From an uncultured virus (IMG/VR IMGVR_UViG_2937164673_000001) (lineage: Duplodnaviria; Heunggongvirae; Uroviricota; Caudoviricetes): a DNA stretch of 64,000 nt. Made by a program: the position numbers and the translations under genes. The notes under the pieces are model-generated. The model saw only the letters and a program-made list of their open reading frames with translations, had not been told where the DNA came from and ran no database searches. The stretch lies in the IMG/VR virus record IMGVR_UViG_2937164673_000001; one strand, 5' to 3'. Every line of letters begins with the position of its first letter. Position 1 is the stretch's first letter. This document shows, piece after piece, positions 50,001 through 58,705 of this stretch.

Positions 50001-53000
50001 GTGAAGGAGCACACCAGTAATCAACATCAAACTTTTCACCCGGCTTAACGGAATACCAAATTCCATCTTCATAACCATCACGAGTATTAGTTTGTAAAAC
50101 CTTCATTCCGGGCTGCCCTAACTCTGCTGGCGGTGCTGGATTAGTTGCACTCACAACACCAGTAACAGTCCAGCTACCTTTACTCCCATCTTCAAAATCA
50201 CTTTTTCTTACCAGTTCAACATCATTTGAGTGTTGTTCTTTGGCTTCATTTTCAAAGTTATTTTGTCGTGTTGTAATAGAGTTAACTTGAGTTGTAACCC
50301 TATCACCAAGATTCTTAACGGAAGCTGTAACCTCAGTTTTTACATTATTAACATCACTTATATAGGCACCTTGTTCCCAACCAGACCATGAATTACCAAA
50401 TAATCTTCGGTACATATGCCTACTGCCAGTATCTTGATAAACATCTTGACGAATGCGGTCATTATTATTCCCTGTTACATCTACATAAACCCAACCATCA
50501 ATTGGATTTCCTGTAAGATTTCTTACAAAATAATGACCTTGAGTTTTCATCTCATCAATATTGGCGGAATCAAGGGTTTGAGTATCTATCTTCCTGTTAG
50601 TGTTAGTTATTTGTTGATTTACGTCGTCTGGATTAGGACTCCAACTTCCGGCTAGTTTTCCTTCAACTAATCTTTCATCTTTAACTTGGACTTGACTATT
50701 AGCTGGCGCGCCTCCCCCATCAAAAATTACATAAGTCCTTATATACCAGGTGGCTCCTGAAATTTGGAATGAGGCGCTTACTCTCTTATCTTTTTCTCCA
50801 GGATAAACATCTGCGCTATGCGTAGCTAGTGGTATGGGAGCAATGCTATTTGGGTCTAGAGCCGCTTTATTTTGATCAAACAACCACGTCTCTAATGTGA
50901 CGTTTTTAGTGGAGTTATTGGTGACAGTTGCAGCATAAGTAAACCAATCTCCTCCATGATAATTAGCAGTTGAAGTATAAATATCTGAAGCAGTTGACTG
51001 GCATAGATATCCGTCCCCAGTTAAAGTTTTATATTGATCACTAGTGTTATGAAGTAAATTTCGTGTACCCGTATTACGTAGATTATCTCCCAATCTATCT
51101 ACATCATTCTTCACATTAGTAATCTTAGTTACCGTTTGTTCAATACCATCCGATGTAAATTTCTCGCTGGCTGTTTTAACTTCGTTAACTCGCTTATTTA
51201 ATTTGTCATCAAATGACGTGGTAAGTTCATTAACGTGAATATTAATTTGTTCACTTGCGACTTGAATAGCTGCTTCTTTAGCAGATTTAATTTCTGCGGA
51301 GGTATCTTCAGGAGCTGGCGACCAAGATGTTGATTTATTCCCTAACTCTAATTGTGGGTGATGATAAGTCGTCGCAAAATCCTTACCTTCAATTTTTCCC
51401 ATATGTCCGGCGTACAACCAGACACTATAACTTGTCCCGTCATTAGGGACTGTAAATGTTTTTGAGTGCCGCTTACCATCTGCTGGAAAGTAAAAATTCG
51501 CGTTCCCAACTTCTTTATTGCTTGCAGAATTCCAAATTCTCACTGAGGCTTCCTGGACACTATTAGTGTTCGTAGCAGAAACAGAAAAAGTATATGTTTC
51601 CCCAGGAGTTAAATCCCAATAAATCGCTCGATTACACCAAGCTGGCCACGCATCCGTTGTTTTGGATTCAATAACGATATCTGTTTCGCTATTTTTTATT
51701 AAATTAACCCCACCAACCTGAATTCCATCAACCGCACTCTTAATATCTCTTGTTACGTCAACAGAATTTGCTTTAATTGCAACTTCTTTAGCGTTCTGCT
51801 CAATCTTCGTATTCTGCTTCAGAATTTGTTGATTAACATCATCTGGGTTGGGAGTATATCCACCATCGTCAATGGACGATAACCGTGCAGAAAAATTAGT
51901 GAAGTACAAATCACCATTACGTGTTAATAATGCTTTGACCGTCATATATTTAGCATCGTTGCGATCAATACCTAATCTATACAATCCTCTATGAACCTTA
52001 TGATCGCCAAGCAATTCTTTGCTTAACCCCAATTGCGATAAAGAAACATCGTAGAAATCTACACGTTTCTTAGCATCGTTATAGAGTTCTAAAAATAAAA
52101 CAGATTCGTTATCTAAACTTGCTTTGTCTCCACTCTTAATATCAACGGCAACAGTTACTTTACCTTGTTTAACATTGAAGTAATTACTTGTTATACCTTG
52201 AGGGTTATCAGTAGTTAATCCCGATTGAGTTAACTCAACCCAACGTAATCCATTCTCATCTTGCCGAATGTTAGCTTTGGCAGATATATTCTGCCATTGT
52301 GCAAAGTCCTCGTCTTTATTCTGAAATGAACTATTTCGAATAAGATTTAATGTACTATCGCTAATTTGCCCAACGGCCTTGTTCGTATAACTTTCATACT
52401 CAGACTTCATATGGTCCGCAGTTCTCTCAAGATCACCACGAAGTTTTGTAATATCGCCACTAGTATTTTTTAAGGATTCTGATACTTGTTTAACCCCTTC
52501 AGCAGTCTGCGTTACTTCTGTACGTAACTGTTCTTGGGTGTCACCTTGTTGGCGTTGTTTTTCGGTTAGGGCTTGAATCTTATCGTTATAGACATTGAAT
52601 TGCGCCTCAGATTTTTCTACATAGTCACCGACATCTTCTTGATTGGGTTCCCATGGCGTTAGTTCTTTCCCAATTTCTAACTGATAACCACAAACAAAAA
52701 TAGGATTATTGCTATTTGAGATAACATGAGGGTAAATTGTGCAATCTTCACTTGGAGTAAAAGTTAAGTCATATCTCTTGAAATCAGAGGTAATATCATC
52801 AATGTTTTTACGCCATACATCGATTTTTGTATCTAAACTAGTATCAAGATTATTCTGAGCAAGTGTAATTTGAGGTTTATTACTATCGTCTAAGTTGTCC
52901 ATCTTTGCGAAAAGACTAAAAGTATATGTTGTTCCAGCCTTTACGTCATAAGCTTGTTGGATACCTTCAATTGGACTATTTTGCTTAGCGACTAAAAAAC

Positions 53001-53916
53001 CTTTCCAAGGATCACTACATATTTCAACATGATCTCGTTGGGTCCAATTATTTGTCGTGAATCTTCTCGTACCTAGTAAAATGTTCGTTTTATTAGTCAG
53101 CGCCTCAGCGATTTCACCACCGAGTTCATCTTTCTTAACGCTGATTTCTACACCTTTAGCGGTTTCTTTCAGTTGCGTATCAAGCTTAGAAACAGTGTTG
53201 CTTACTGTATCTAGGTCTTGACGACTTGCTTTTCCAAGTAACTCATCTTTGGTCTGTTGAACACTGGTTTCTGCTCTGTCGATCTGTTCCTTTAATGGGT
53301 CCAAATCTGTTTGCCAGACTTTGTGCTCAAATTTCCCATTAATATTAGTTAACTCGTCATGAATTTTCCCATTATCCATTTGCGTATTTTGTAAATCGGT
53401 ACGCAGGGTTGACAAGGTTCCCTTAGTGTCTTGTAAATCTTGATTCATGCGATCGGCTTCTTTTTGAAGCTGTTCATGCATATTTTGAATATTTGTATCA
53501 AGCTCACTAAAGGTTTTGGTAATCTGTTCGTCTAATTTAGAGGTTTTATCATCAAGAGCCGCCGCATCAGCCTTAGCCTTATCAATAGCCTCTTGCATTT
53601 CTTTCATAGCTTGAAGATAGGCTTGTTTTCGTTCTTCCGTTAACTGAGCTTCTTCATTTTGCCACTCAATCCATTGTTGACTGATTTCCTGTTGATTTTT
53701 TACGGCATCAGCAACATCTTGAACTAGTTGATCGTAACCTTCTGGTTTTGGTGCCTTGCTCGGGTCCGCATTACCTCCACCATTCCAGAGCTCGTTGATG
53801 GCTTCGACAAGGGTTTCCTTTGAATTAGTCTTTAATTGTGCCAAATCACCAACAGAGCGAACTGTAGCATAATGGTATTCTCCGTTTTCTAAATACTTAA
53901 TCGTTTTCTCCATCAA
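47077..53916 (-). CDS. Giant tail fibre / host-specificity protein with repeated CBM-like modules
   Basis: N-terminal coiled coil; about eight modules starting NL(L/I) and mostly ending E-x-G...W-x-P-x-P-(D/E)-D; one knob-like domain (WSGW); INITPDNIKIASKKIIIDG. Confidence 0.85.
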   Translation of the reverse strand: MMEKTIKYLENGEYHYATVRSVGDLAQLKTNSKETLVEAINELWNGGGNADPSKAPKPEGYDQLVQDVADAVKNQQEISQQWIEWQNEEAQLTEERKQAYLQAMKEMQEAIDKAKADAAALDDKTSKLDEQITKTFSELDTNIQNMHEQLQKEADRMNQDLQDTKGTLSTLRTDLQNTQMDNGKIHDELTNINGKFEHKVWQTDLDPLKEQIDRAETSVQQTKDELLGKASRQDLDTVSNTVSKLDTQLKETAKGVEISVKKDELGGEIAEALTNKTNILLGTRRFTTNNWTQRDHVEICSDPWKGFLVAKQNSPIEGIQQAYDVKAGTTYTFSLFAKMDNLDDSNKPQITLAQNNLDTSLDTKIDVWRKNIDDITSDFKRYDLTFTPSEDCTIYPHVISNSNNPIFVCGYQLEIGKELTPWEPNQEDVGDYVEKSEAQFNVYNDKIQALTEKQRQQGDTQEQLRTEVTQTAEGVKQVSESLKNTSGDITKLRGDLERTADHMKSEYESYTNKAVGQISDSTLNLIRNSSFQNKDEDFAQWQNISAKANIRQDENGLRWVELTQSGLTTDNPQGITSNYFNVKQGKVTVAVDIKSGDKASLDNESVLFLELYNDAKKRVDFYDVSLSQLGLSKELLGDHKVHRGLYRLGIDRNDAKYMTVKALLTRNGDLYFTNFSARLSSIDDGGYTPNPDDVNQQILKQNTKIEQNAKEVAIKANSVDVTRDIKSAVDGIQVGGVNLIKNSETDIVIESKTTDAWPAWCNRAIYWDLTPGETYTFSVSATNTNSVQEASVRIWNSASNKEVGNANFYFPADGKRHSKTFTVPNDGTSYSVWLYAGHMGKIEGKDFATTYHHPQLELGNKSTSWSPAPEDTSAEIKSAKEAAIQVASEQINIHVNELTTSFDDKLNKRVNEVKTASEKFTSDGIEQTVTKITNVKNDVDRLGDNLRNTGTRNLLHNTSDQYKTLTGDGYLCQSTASDIYTSTANYHGGDWFTYAATVTNNSTKNVTLETWLFDQNKAALDPNSIAPIPLATHSADVYPGEKDKRVSASFQISGATWYIRTYVIFDGGGAPANSQVQVKDERLVEGKLAGSWSPNPDDVNQQITNTNRKIDTQTLDSANIDEMKTQGHYFVRNLTGNPIDGWVYVDVTGNNNDRIRQDVYQDTGSRHMYRRLFGNSWSGWEQGAYISDVNNVKTEVTASVKNLGDRVTTQVNSITTRQNNFENEAKEQHSNDVELVRKSDFEDGSKGSWTVTGVVSATNPAPPAELGQPGMKVLQTNTRDGYEDGIWYSVKPGEKFDVDYWCAPSPAFYTAFGLVFADKDKVNWNWQGINSDQSGQWKHYTGTITAPANAAFAKPWYQMDKPANNTENSSWIAKPHIRRQNPQVAEKISELNTKWDVANGQIQGKVTETQVNDILNGKGYATQSWAQTQFQMKSDAITLQAVRDNITNGIQNQVNSIDNRVTNAQVGERNLAVGTNRGKAGWWVDPGNGSVSTDVALLNGVKGLHINNTKKSTSWWVVCYPFDMGKLKPNTYYTISFDLQTSEDTNGGAIIDLARGDSSGSPFIYGRGGNITTKGGEITHVTRTYKTSGSIENNGQALYINSIALGNSNIVNIANLMIVEGTQSSVWKPAPEDQGSGQNLLRGTADFSWPTGIGFNGDFNTSFERFDDTSIAFHLWGSKGGGIYTRWGGAFPDGQLQVGEQYTFSFDIKGSGKFSTVHNESEPEKPPITLNGVNVPSEWARVSVTGTIQALDQAFIIYFRDNFDVRIKNVKIERGAIATPWTPHPFDDKDKGVNLLKSTAYWNPNDWNHISDGHWYDDNWTDNLGHKAYGRSNAAWDGLGQTVYVTPGVYTWSAQIYLNGLDGNDFVVPYMGDSQYNGTVQVQDIRKPQLREGDQNRWINYSATFYVKNAGNLCVRPALNRDHGTIHVGSQKLEHGMVATPWSLSPYDSDPQNIVSAINITPDNIKIASKKIIIDGNTDIHGDLRTDRVRLVGKQGLIDMTGDQGIQLKNSDGSSILLGNGNMDLMYKSDFRMNIDSSMITIMHRNPNMNQSSPIAIGNIGAMFRGGNGKCRGLGIRYNPGSDNEQFHGADFLDIGYNDPNELGNIINQLELTSKDMQLGKTRKRKGVNFLDDINLQSYQKINVGDNDQEDGKWSNDPLMIHRVNWSNSYQADRYQPTIRLGYGPNSYGHAGVTFLWDQIKPFGDRDISDLGSIWFNGLRFSFGWVHHQRMFNNQDQPAFMRFDDKGGIMSGVAFASGSTWDLGTGAWNITASVMNHGG

Positions 53917-53959
53917 CGATTCCCCTTTATAAAATGTTCTTAAAATCTATAAATTCTTG

Positions 53960-53988
53960 AAAAAATAAAGCCCGAGGTTTCGGACTTT
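53960..53988 (-). terminator. Terminator after the major tail gene
   Basis: AAAGTCCGA / TCGGGCTTT followed by ATTTTTT. Confidence 0.7.
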
Positions 53989-54038
53989 CTGTCCATTCAT
54001 AACCGTATAAATGGATTAATTTAATCTAGTTAGTTGAA

Positions 54039-54069
54039 AGATAAGCAGGGAGTCGAACCCTACTCACCT
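54039..54069 (-). other. 12-bp stem with TTCGACT T-loop (tRNA minihelix-like), copy 1
   Basis: AGGTGAGTAGGG-TTCGACT-CCCTGCTTATCT, 5 nt after the major tail stop. Confidence 0.7.
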
Positions 54070-54074
54070 AATTG

Positions 54075-55181
54075 CTATTCAATGTACTTGTAAATAGCTT
54101 GGTCATCGTTTTCATCAGCTAACAAGTCGAATTCCAGTGAAAGGGAAGTAACTTGTTCTGAGTTTTGATTGAACGTTACATTTGCAGCTGGCTTTGCATT
54201 AGTGAAGTGAATTTGCGCAAACTTGTCATCGCCATCTTGTGAACGAATAACACTGTCAGCAATAATTTCATAGTTCTTAGCAAACTTAAGTGCATTGATA
54301 GTGTATGAAGATACACCGTCTTGCTTTGTGACGTAGTAAACTGCGTATGCAGCGCCAATAACAGCTTCGTCAGAAAGTTGAATTCCATTTCCACCATCAG
54401 TCATCTTGAAGTAAAGACCGTTTAAGTTTGCGCCACTAGCGTTTTCTTCAGCCTTCTTAATTGCATCAGCAGTTGCTTTAATAGCAGCACCAGCTTCTTT
54501 GGTACCAGAAGTAGCAGTAGTGATAACAACTTCAGCTGATTGAACTGATTGTCCAGCTTCATTCTTGGCAACAACAGTGTACTTGTATTCAGTTTCTGGA
54601 GTTAAGTTTGAGTCGTTGAATGAAGTGTTAACTGGGTAACCAATAGCAACACCATTACGGTAAACAACATAACTAGTAGCATTTGCAACAGAACTCCAAG
54701 TAATAGTTACAGTAGTGTCCTTTGCAGAAACAGCTACATCAGTAACCATCTTTGGAACTGAGCCAGCGTCACCGGAAACTAACATAGGAATTTCTTCAAT
54801 ATGTTCCCGCTTGTCGCTGTCATCAACACGGAATACTGATACTGAGCCTTCAACAGGCTTAGAACCTAAGTCAATCATGCGGTCACCACTTAATTGGAAT
54901 ACCTTCCGCTTAAAGATAGTGTTAGTTCCCTTATGAAGCTCGTCATCACCAGCCATAAGTGCCAAGAGACGAAGGTCGAACATTTCAGTTTGAATGGTTA
55001 ACTTACCAGTACGTGCTGAATCCCATGCAATTGCTTGGGTGCCTTTCTTCTTAGCGTATACACGGTTAGATTGCCATTGTGTGTTTGTTTGGTTTGCGTA
55101 ATCAATATGCAAGACAGGAGTAGTAGTTCCGCGCTTGTAGAAAGTGATATTTGACGCATCTTTCAAACCATAAGTAGACAT
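54075..55181 (-). CDS. Major tail protein with inserted FN3 domain
   Basis: YGLKDASNITF...IAWDSARTGKLT...LSLEFDLL; FN3 ITWSSVANATSYVVYRNG...YKYTVVAKN. Confidence 0.8.
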   Translation of the reverse strand: MSTYGLKDASNITFYKRGTTTPVLHIDYANQTNTQWQSNRVYAKKKGTQAIAWDSARTGKLTIQTEMFDLRLLALMAGDDELHKGTNTIFKRKVFQLSGDRMIDLGSKPVEGSVSVFRVDDSDKREHIEEIPMLVSGDAGSVPKMVTDVAVSAKDTTVTITWSSVANATSYVVYRNGVAIGYPVNTSFNDSNLTPETEYKYTVVAKNEAGQSVQSAEVVITTATSGTKEAGAAIKATADAIKKAEENASGANLNGLYFKMTDGGNGIQLSDEAVIGAAYAVYYVTKQDGVSSYTINALKFAKNYEIIADSVIRSQDGDDKFAQIHFTNAKPAANVTFNQNSEQVTSLSLEFDLLADENDDQAIYKYIE

Positions 55182-55204
55182 ATAATTAATGTCTCCTTTC
55201 ATAT

Positions 55205-56017
55205 TTAGTTTTTATTTTTTTCATCAAATTTGATTAGTTTTATTTCTTCGTTTAGATCAGGTATCTTCATGTCTTTCGTATCGAACTTTTCTGATGTATA
55301 AATCTGATACTGTTTTTCTGATGAGTACTTAGCAGTGTAAGCAGATAAAAGATTTGAAAATTGGTAGTAGGTCATTCCTTGAATATCGGTAAAACTGATG
55401 TATCCAGGGGCAAATACTTCTAGCTGAAGAATTTGATCTCCTAACTCCGTTCCCTTTCTTTTCATGGCTTCTCGTAATCGACCCTTATATGTGTTTTTCC
55501 ACATTTGAATCTTTCTTGGATTACTTCCCACACCTTTAGGTGCAATCAAGTCCCTATTGGGCTTTGACAAAGTAACTGCTTTGATTAGGTTGGATAGGTC
55601 AATGTATGTTTCCCTGTCGATAATCCAATCCAGCTCTTCGCTTACGATCTTTTTATTACTCAAGATTCGGTACTGTTCTTCTTTTGTCCGAGTCCAGTAT
55701 GTTAATGCTTTTAAGAATTGATGTAATAAAGTAACGCCTTTACCAAACATGGCCTCTCCAACGAGTTCATTCATTTCATCGTCAAAAGCCATATCCCATA
55801 GAGACGGGAATTTTTCTTCTATCATGTCAACCTGTTCAGGAACACCACTAAATTGTTCCCGAACCCCCGTTACAAAAATACGAGTACAATCACTAAAGTC
55901 ATTATTTTCTGCTTCTGCTAATTCACCAATTGTGGGAATATGAAAAGTTACCTTATCGTTTATCGGTATATCTTTCCCGAGAATCACATACGAATAGTTA
56001 ATTCTCATAGCAGACAT
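55205..56017 (-). CDS. Phage morphogenesis-region hypothetical protein
   Basis: Between the head-tail and major tail genes; MTYYQF motif. Confidence 0.6.
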   Translation of the reverse strand: MSAMRINYSYVILGKDIPINDKVTFHIPTIGELAEAENNDFSDCTRIFVTGVREQFSGVPEQVDMIEEKFPSLWDMAFDDEMNELVGEAMFGKGVTLLHQFLKALTYWTRTKEEQYRILSNKKIVSEELDWIIDRETYIDLSNLIKAVTLSKPNRDLIAPKGVGSNPRKIQMWKNTYKGRLREAMKRKGTELGDQILQLEVFAPGYISFTDIQGMTYYQFSNLLSAYTAKYSSEKQYQIYTSEKFDTKDMKIPDLNEEIKLIKFDEKNKN

Positions 56018-56020
56018 CCT

Positions 56021-56584
56021 TTACTTAAAGTCGTATACTCTCATCATTAATTGGTAGCCACCAAACTTATTGTTTTGCTCCCATAACTCAGAAAGTTGAC
56101 CAATTTTTACAGTCCCGATTCCGTATCTTCTAGAATCGGAGAATAAGTCATAAATTCTAGCGAGTATTTGATCTTGCCTTTGTCCTTCATCGATATCCAT
56201 AATTTTGTTATCAACAAGGATAAAGAAGTATAAGTACCCCATCACGAAATCACTATCTACGTGATAATGAATTTCTGGAAATGAGAAATTAGAAATCGCC
56301 ATACCAATAAATGATTGCTGGTCCATAACAACCCCAGGCTTATATCTTGTTGGATAAATCCGACGCTTTTCTTCTCCCTCTGTTACCAGTTCATATTTTT
56401 GCTCCTCGGTTAAATCAGGACGGCTTAATGCATCAGATGAGTCATAATAAAGTAATTTTGCTAAATCATCATCCATTGCCATTGTTTCCATCATTTGCTG
56501 TTTCCACTCACTAATCTTCATAACTGAAGAGACATGTTTTGGAGCATCATTTGTAATTTCCTTTGCGGGCACTCTCTCATTCAC
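56021..56584 (-). CDS. Putative tail terminator / neck protein
   Basis: Position; LAKLLYY...GYQLM pattern. Confidence 0.5.
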   Translation of the reverse strand: MNERVPAKEITNDAPKHVSSVMKISEWKQQMMETMAMDDDLAKLLYYDSSDALSRPDLTEEQKYELVTEGEEKRRIYPTRYKPGVVMDQQSFIGMAISNFSFPEIHYHVDSDFVMGYLYFFILVDNKIMDIDEGQRQDQILARIYDLFSDSRRYGIGTVKIGQLSELWEQNNKFGGYQLMMRVYDFK

Positions 56585-56587
56585 TCC

Positions 56588-57646
56588 CTAGAACTTCTTT
56601 ATAATTTTTATTGCAATATTTTTTATTTCGTCATTGGCTTTTGCTGTGATTGTTACTGTTTGTCCAACTAGCTTATAGATATCTTTCACAGTCACAGTAA
56701 TGCTATGATTATCTTTTTCTTTTACATAAAATGGAGAGTCTTCAAGGGTTCCAATCATCCATTCGGAGACATCTGCCTTAGTTCCATCAGAATTCATCGC
56801 TGTATAGACATAGGTATGCCCTAGGCGAGCTTTAATTGTTCCTTCGATATTCCATTCAACTTTTGGCTTTTCGTCCTCAGAATGGCTGTCAGAGCCGTCT
56901 GTAGGCATAGTCAACTTAGATACATCTTTTATGGAATCGTCTTCGTCTTTACCTCCAGAATCCCAATAATCAGCTATTTCTAAGTCAGAATTATCGGTTT
57001 CCGGATTCTTTGTATCTTCGTCTAATAACCAGTTAACTAACCCTGGCCTTGATACGTAGTCAGCGAATTCAATTTTATAGACTTGACCAGCAATCCAAAG
57101 TCTTGTTCCAACTTCTACCGCTCTTGTTTCCGGAATATCTTTGATGTAAACAGACATTTTTGCATTTGCTAATGCGATATTTTGTCCTGAGAATGACACC
57201 CCTAAGGTATATAAAGTCTGGTTCTGGACATAAGCAGGCCAACCTTTCCCAAAGTTGCAAATCAGCTTACTGTTTTTGTTTGTCAACCACTTAAGCCGTC
57301 TATTCGTATGCTTTATCTTTAATTGTTGATGGGTGGGAATGGTCTTATATTCTTCTGTAAAAACCATCCATGTTTCGTCCGCCCATTCAATATATGAGCC
57401 CACACCAACTTCAACTGAATTTGGGACAACAACGTACTTGTCATCAGACAAATCTTTATTGTTACTTTGTGAATGATCTTGAAAGACCGCCTGCGTTGAT
57501 ACACCATCGATTACACAATCATGCCTGGTCAACGTATCCTGGTAGAATAAATTAAACTCCTCAAGTTGACGGTTATAATTTCTTGTAACCCTGTTATCTC
57601 CGAGGATTTTTTGTTTTCTGCGATAAGATGTTGAAAAACTACTCAT
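56588..57646 (-). CDS. Putative head closure / neck protein with Ig-like C-terminus
   Basis: Position; GSYIEWADETWMV. Confidence 0.5.
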   Translation of the reverse strand: MSSFSTSYRRKQKILGDNRVTRNYNRQLEEFNLFYQDTLTRHDCVIDGVSTQAVFQDHSQSNNKDLSDDKYVVVPNSVEVGVGSYIEWADETWMVFTEEYKTIPTHQQLKIKHTNRRLKWLTNKNSKLICNFGKGWPAYVQNQTLYTLGVSFSGQNIALANAKMSVYIKDIPETRAVEVGTRLWIAGQVYKIEFADYVSRPGLVNWLLDEDTKNPETDNSDLEIADYWDSGGKDEDDSIKDVSKLTMPTDGSDSHSEDEKPKVEWNIEGTIKARLGHTYVYTAMNSDGTKADVSEWMIGTLEDSPFYVKEKDNHSITVTVKDIYKLVGQTVTITAKANDEIKNIAIKIIKKF

Positions 57647-58101
57647 TTCATTTCTCCATAGAGATCTGAGTTTGAATATTCCAAACGATTGATTTGTGTA
57701 GTAATCTCACGACTCAATTGCTTTTCCATATTCTGCAATCTGTCAATGTACTGATAACCCTGCACTGTTGTGTAATCTCGGTCACCAATTGCTTTTCTCA
57801 TCAATTCTTCGGAGTTCAAGTGTTCCCTAACCCATTCAAGTTTCATTGCTTGGGCTAAAAGAGTGATCTCAATCCTGGTCATCTTAAAGTTGAAACGCTT
57901 ATTTTCTGGGTCATCATCCATGAAATCTTTAGCGATATAAGTGCTAAACATCAAACGACCCGCGTCCATATACCCATAAAGGACATCTGCCAATTCATCA
58001 TCATCCAATCGCGGAAGATCATACGAATCAACAGTATTTAAGAACGCCTTATAAACTTCTTCATAATATGTATATTTCGGGTCATTACTCTCATTTGCCA
58101 T
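57643..58101 (-). CDS. Putative head-tail adaptor
   Basis: TYYEEVYKAFL...EITLLAQAMKLEW; position after the capsid block. Confidence 0.55.
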   Translation of the reverse strand: MANESNDPKYTYYEEVYKAFLNTVDSYDLPRLDDDELADVLYGYMDAGRLMFSTYIAKDFMDDDPENKRFNFKMTRIEITLLAQAMKLEWVREHLNSEELMRKAIGDRDYTTVQGYQYIDRLQNMEKQLSREITTQINRLEYSNSDLYGEMK

Positions 58102-58126
58102 GAAAGATTCCCCTTCCAAATAAGAT

Positions 58127-58690
58127 TTAGCGACCTTCTGCTGCACGAACCGATACATCAACATCGGCCCAGAAGTCTTCACCTCTAGTATTTACAAGGT
58201 CTTGCTTGTCACGATCAGATAAACGCCGTTGCTTATACATTTCAACAGTCGTCATAATAACTGCATTTCTTAAAGGTGTTTTTAATGCCTTTTTGAAGTC
58301 ATCAATTTCAGAGTCTACACAGAAATCTGCTAGTGCATCTGCATATAACGCTTCCACTTCGTCAAACTCGTCTTCTCCAAAGCCTTCAACCAATTCAAGA
58401 TATGATTTATAGACATCGGTTAATCTCAATCCACGAACTACGTCCATAATTGAAATATCTTCCTCGGAGTTGACGTCAATTATTAATAAAGACATATTTT
58501 CAAAGTATTTCTTTAACTTTCTTGCTTCGGCATATGTGATATATTCTTCATCACCGTTTTCTTCCAAAACAAAAGAAAGGGCCCCGTTATTTGATTCATA
58601 AGCAAATATTCCATATGTATTATTTGCCACTACTATTTCAGTTGAGGGGTCAATAATTTTGCGCTTCCGGCGCTTTACTTCACGTGACAT
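58127..58690 (-). CDS. Hypothetical head-region protein
   Basis: ATG at 58690 with AAGAGAGG RBS. Confidence 0.65.
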   Translation of the reverse strand: MSREVKRRKRKIIDPSTEIVVANNTYGIFAYESNNGALSFVLEENGDEEYITYAEARKLKKYFENMSLLIIDVNSEEDISIMDVVRGLRLTDVYKSYLELVEGFGEDEFDEVEALYADALADFCVDSEIDDFKKALKTPLRNAVIMTTVEMYKQRRLSDRDKQDLVNTRGEDFWADVDVSVRAAEGR

Positions 58691-58705
58691 TCTCAAAACC
58701 TCTCT

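Noticed and set aside
54039..54069. tRNA gene suggested by GGTTCGACTCC (also at 60199-60229)
   Set aside because: No D arm or anticodon arm; simple hairpins only
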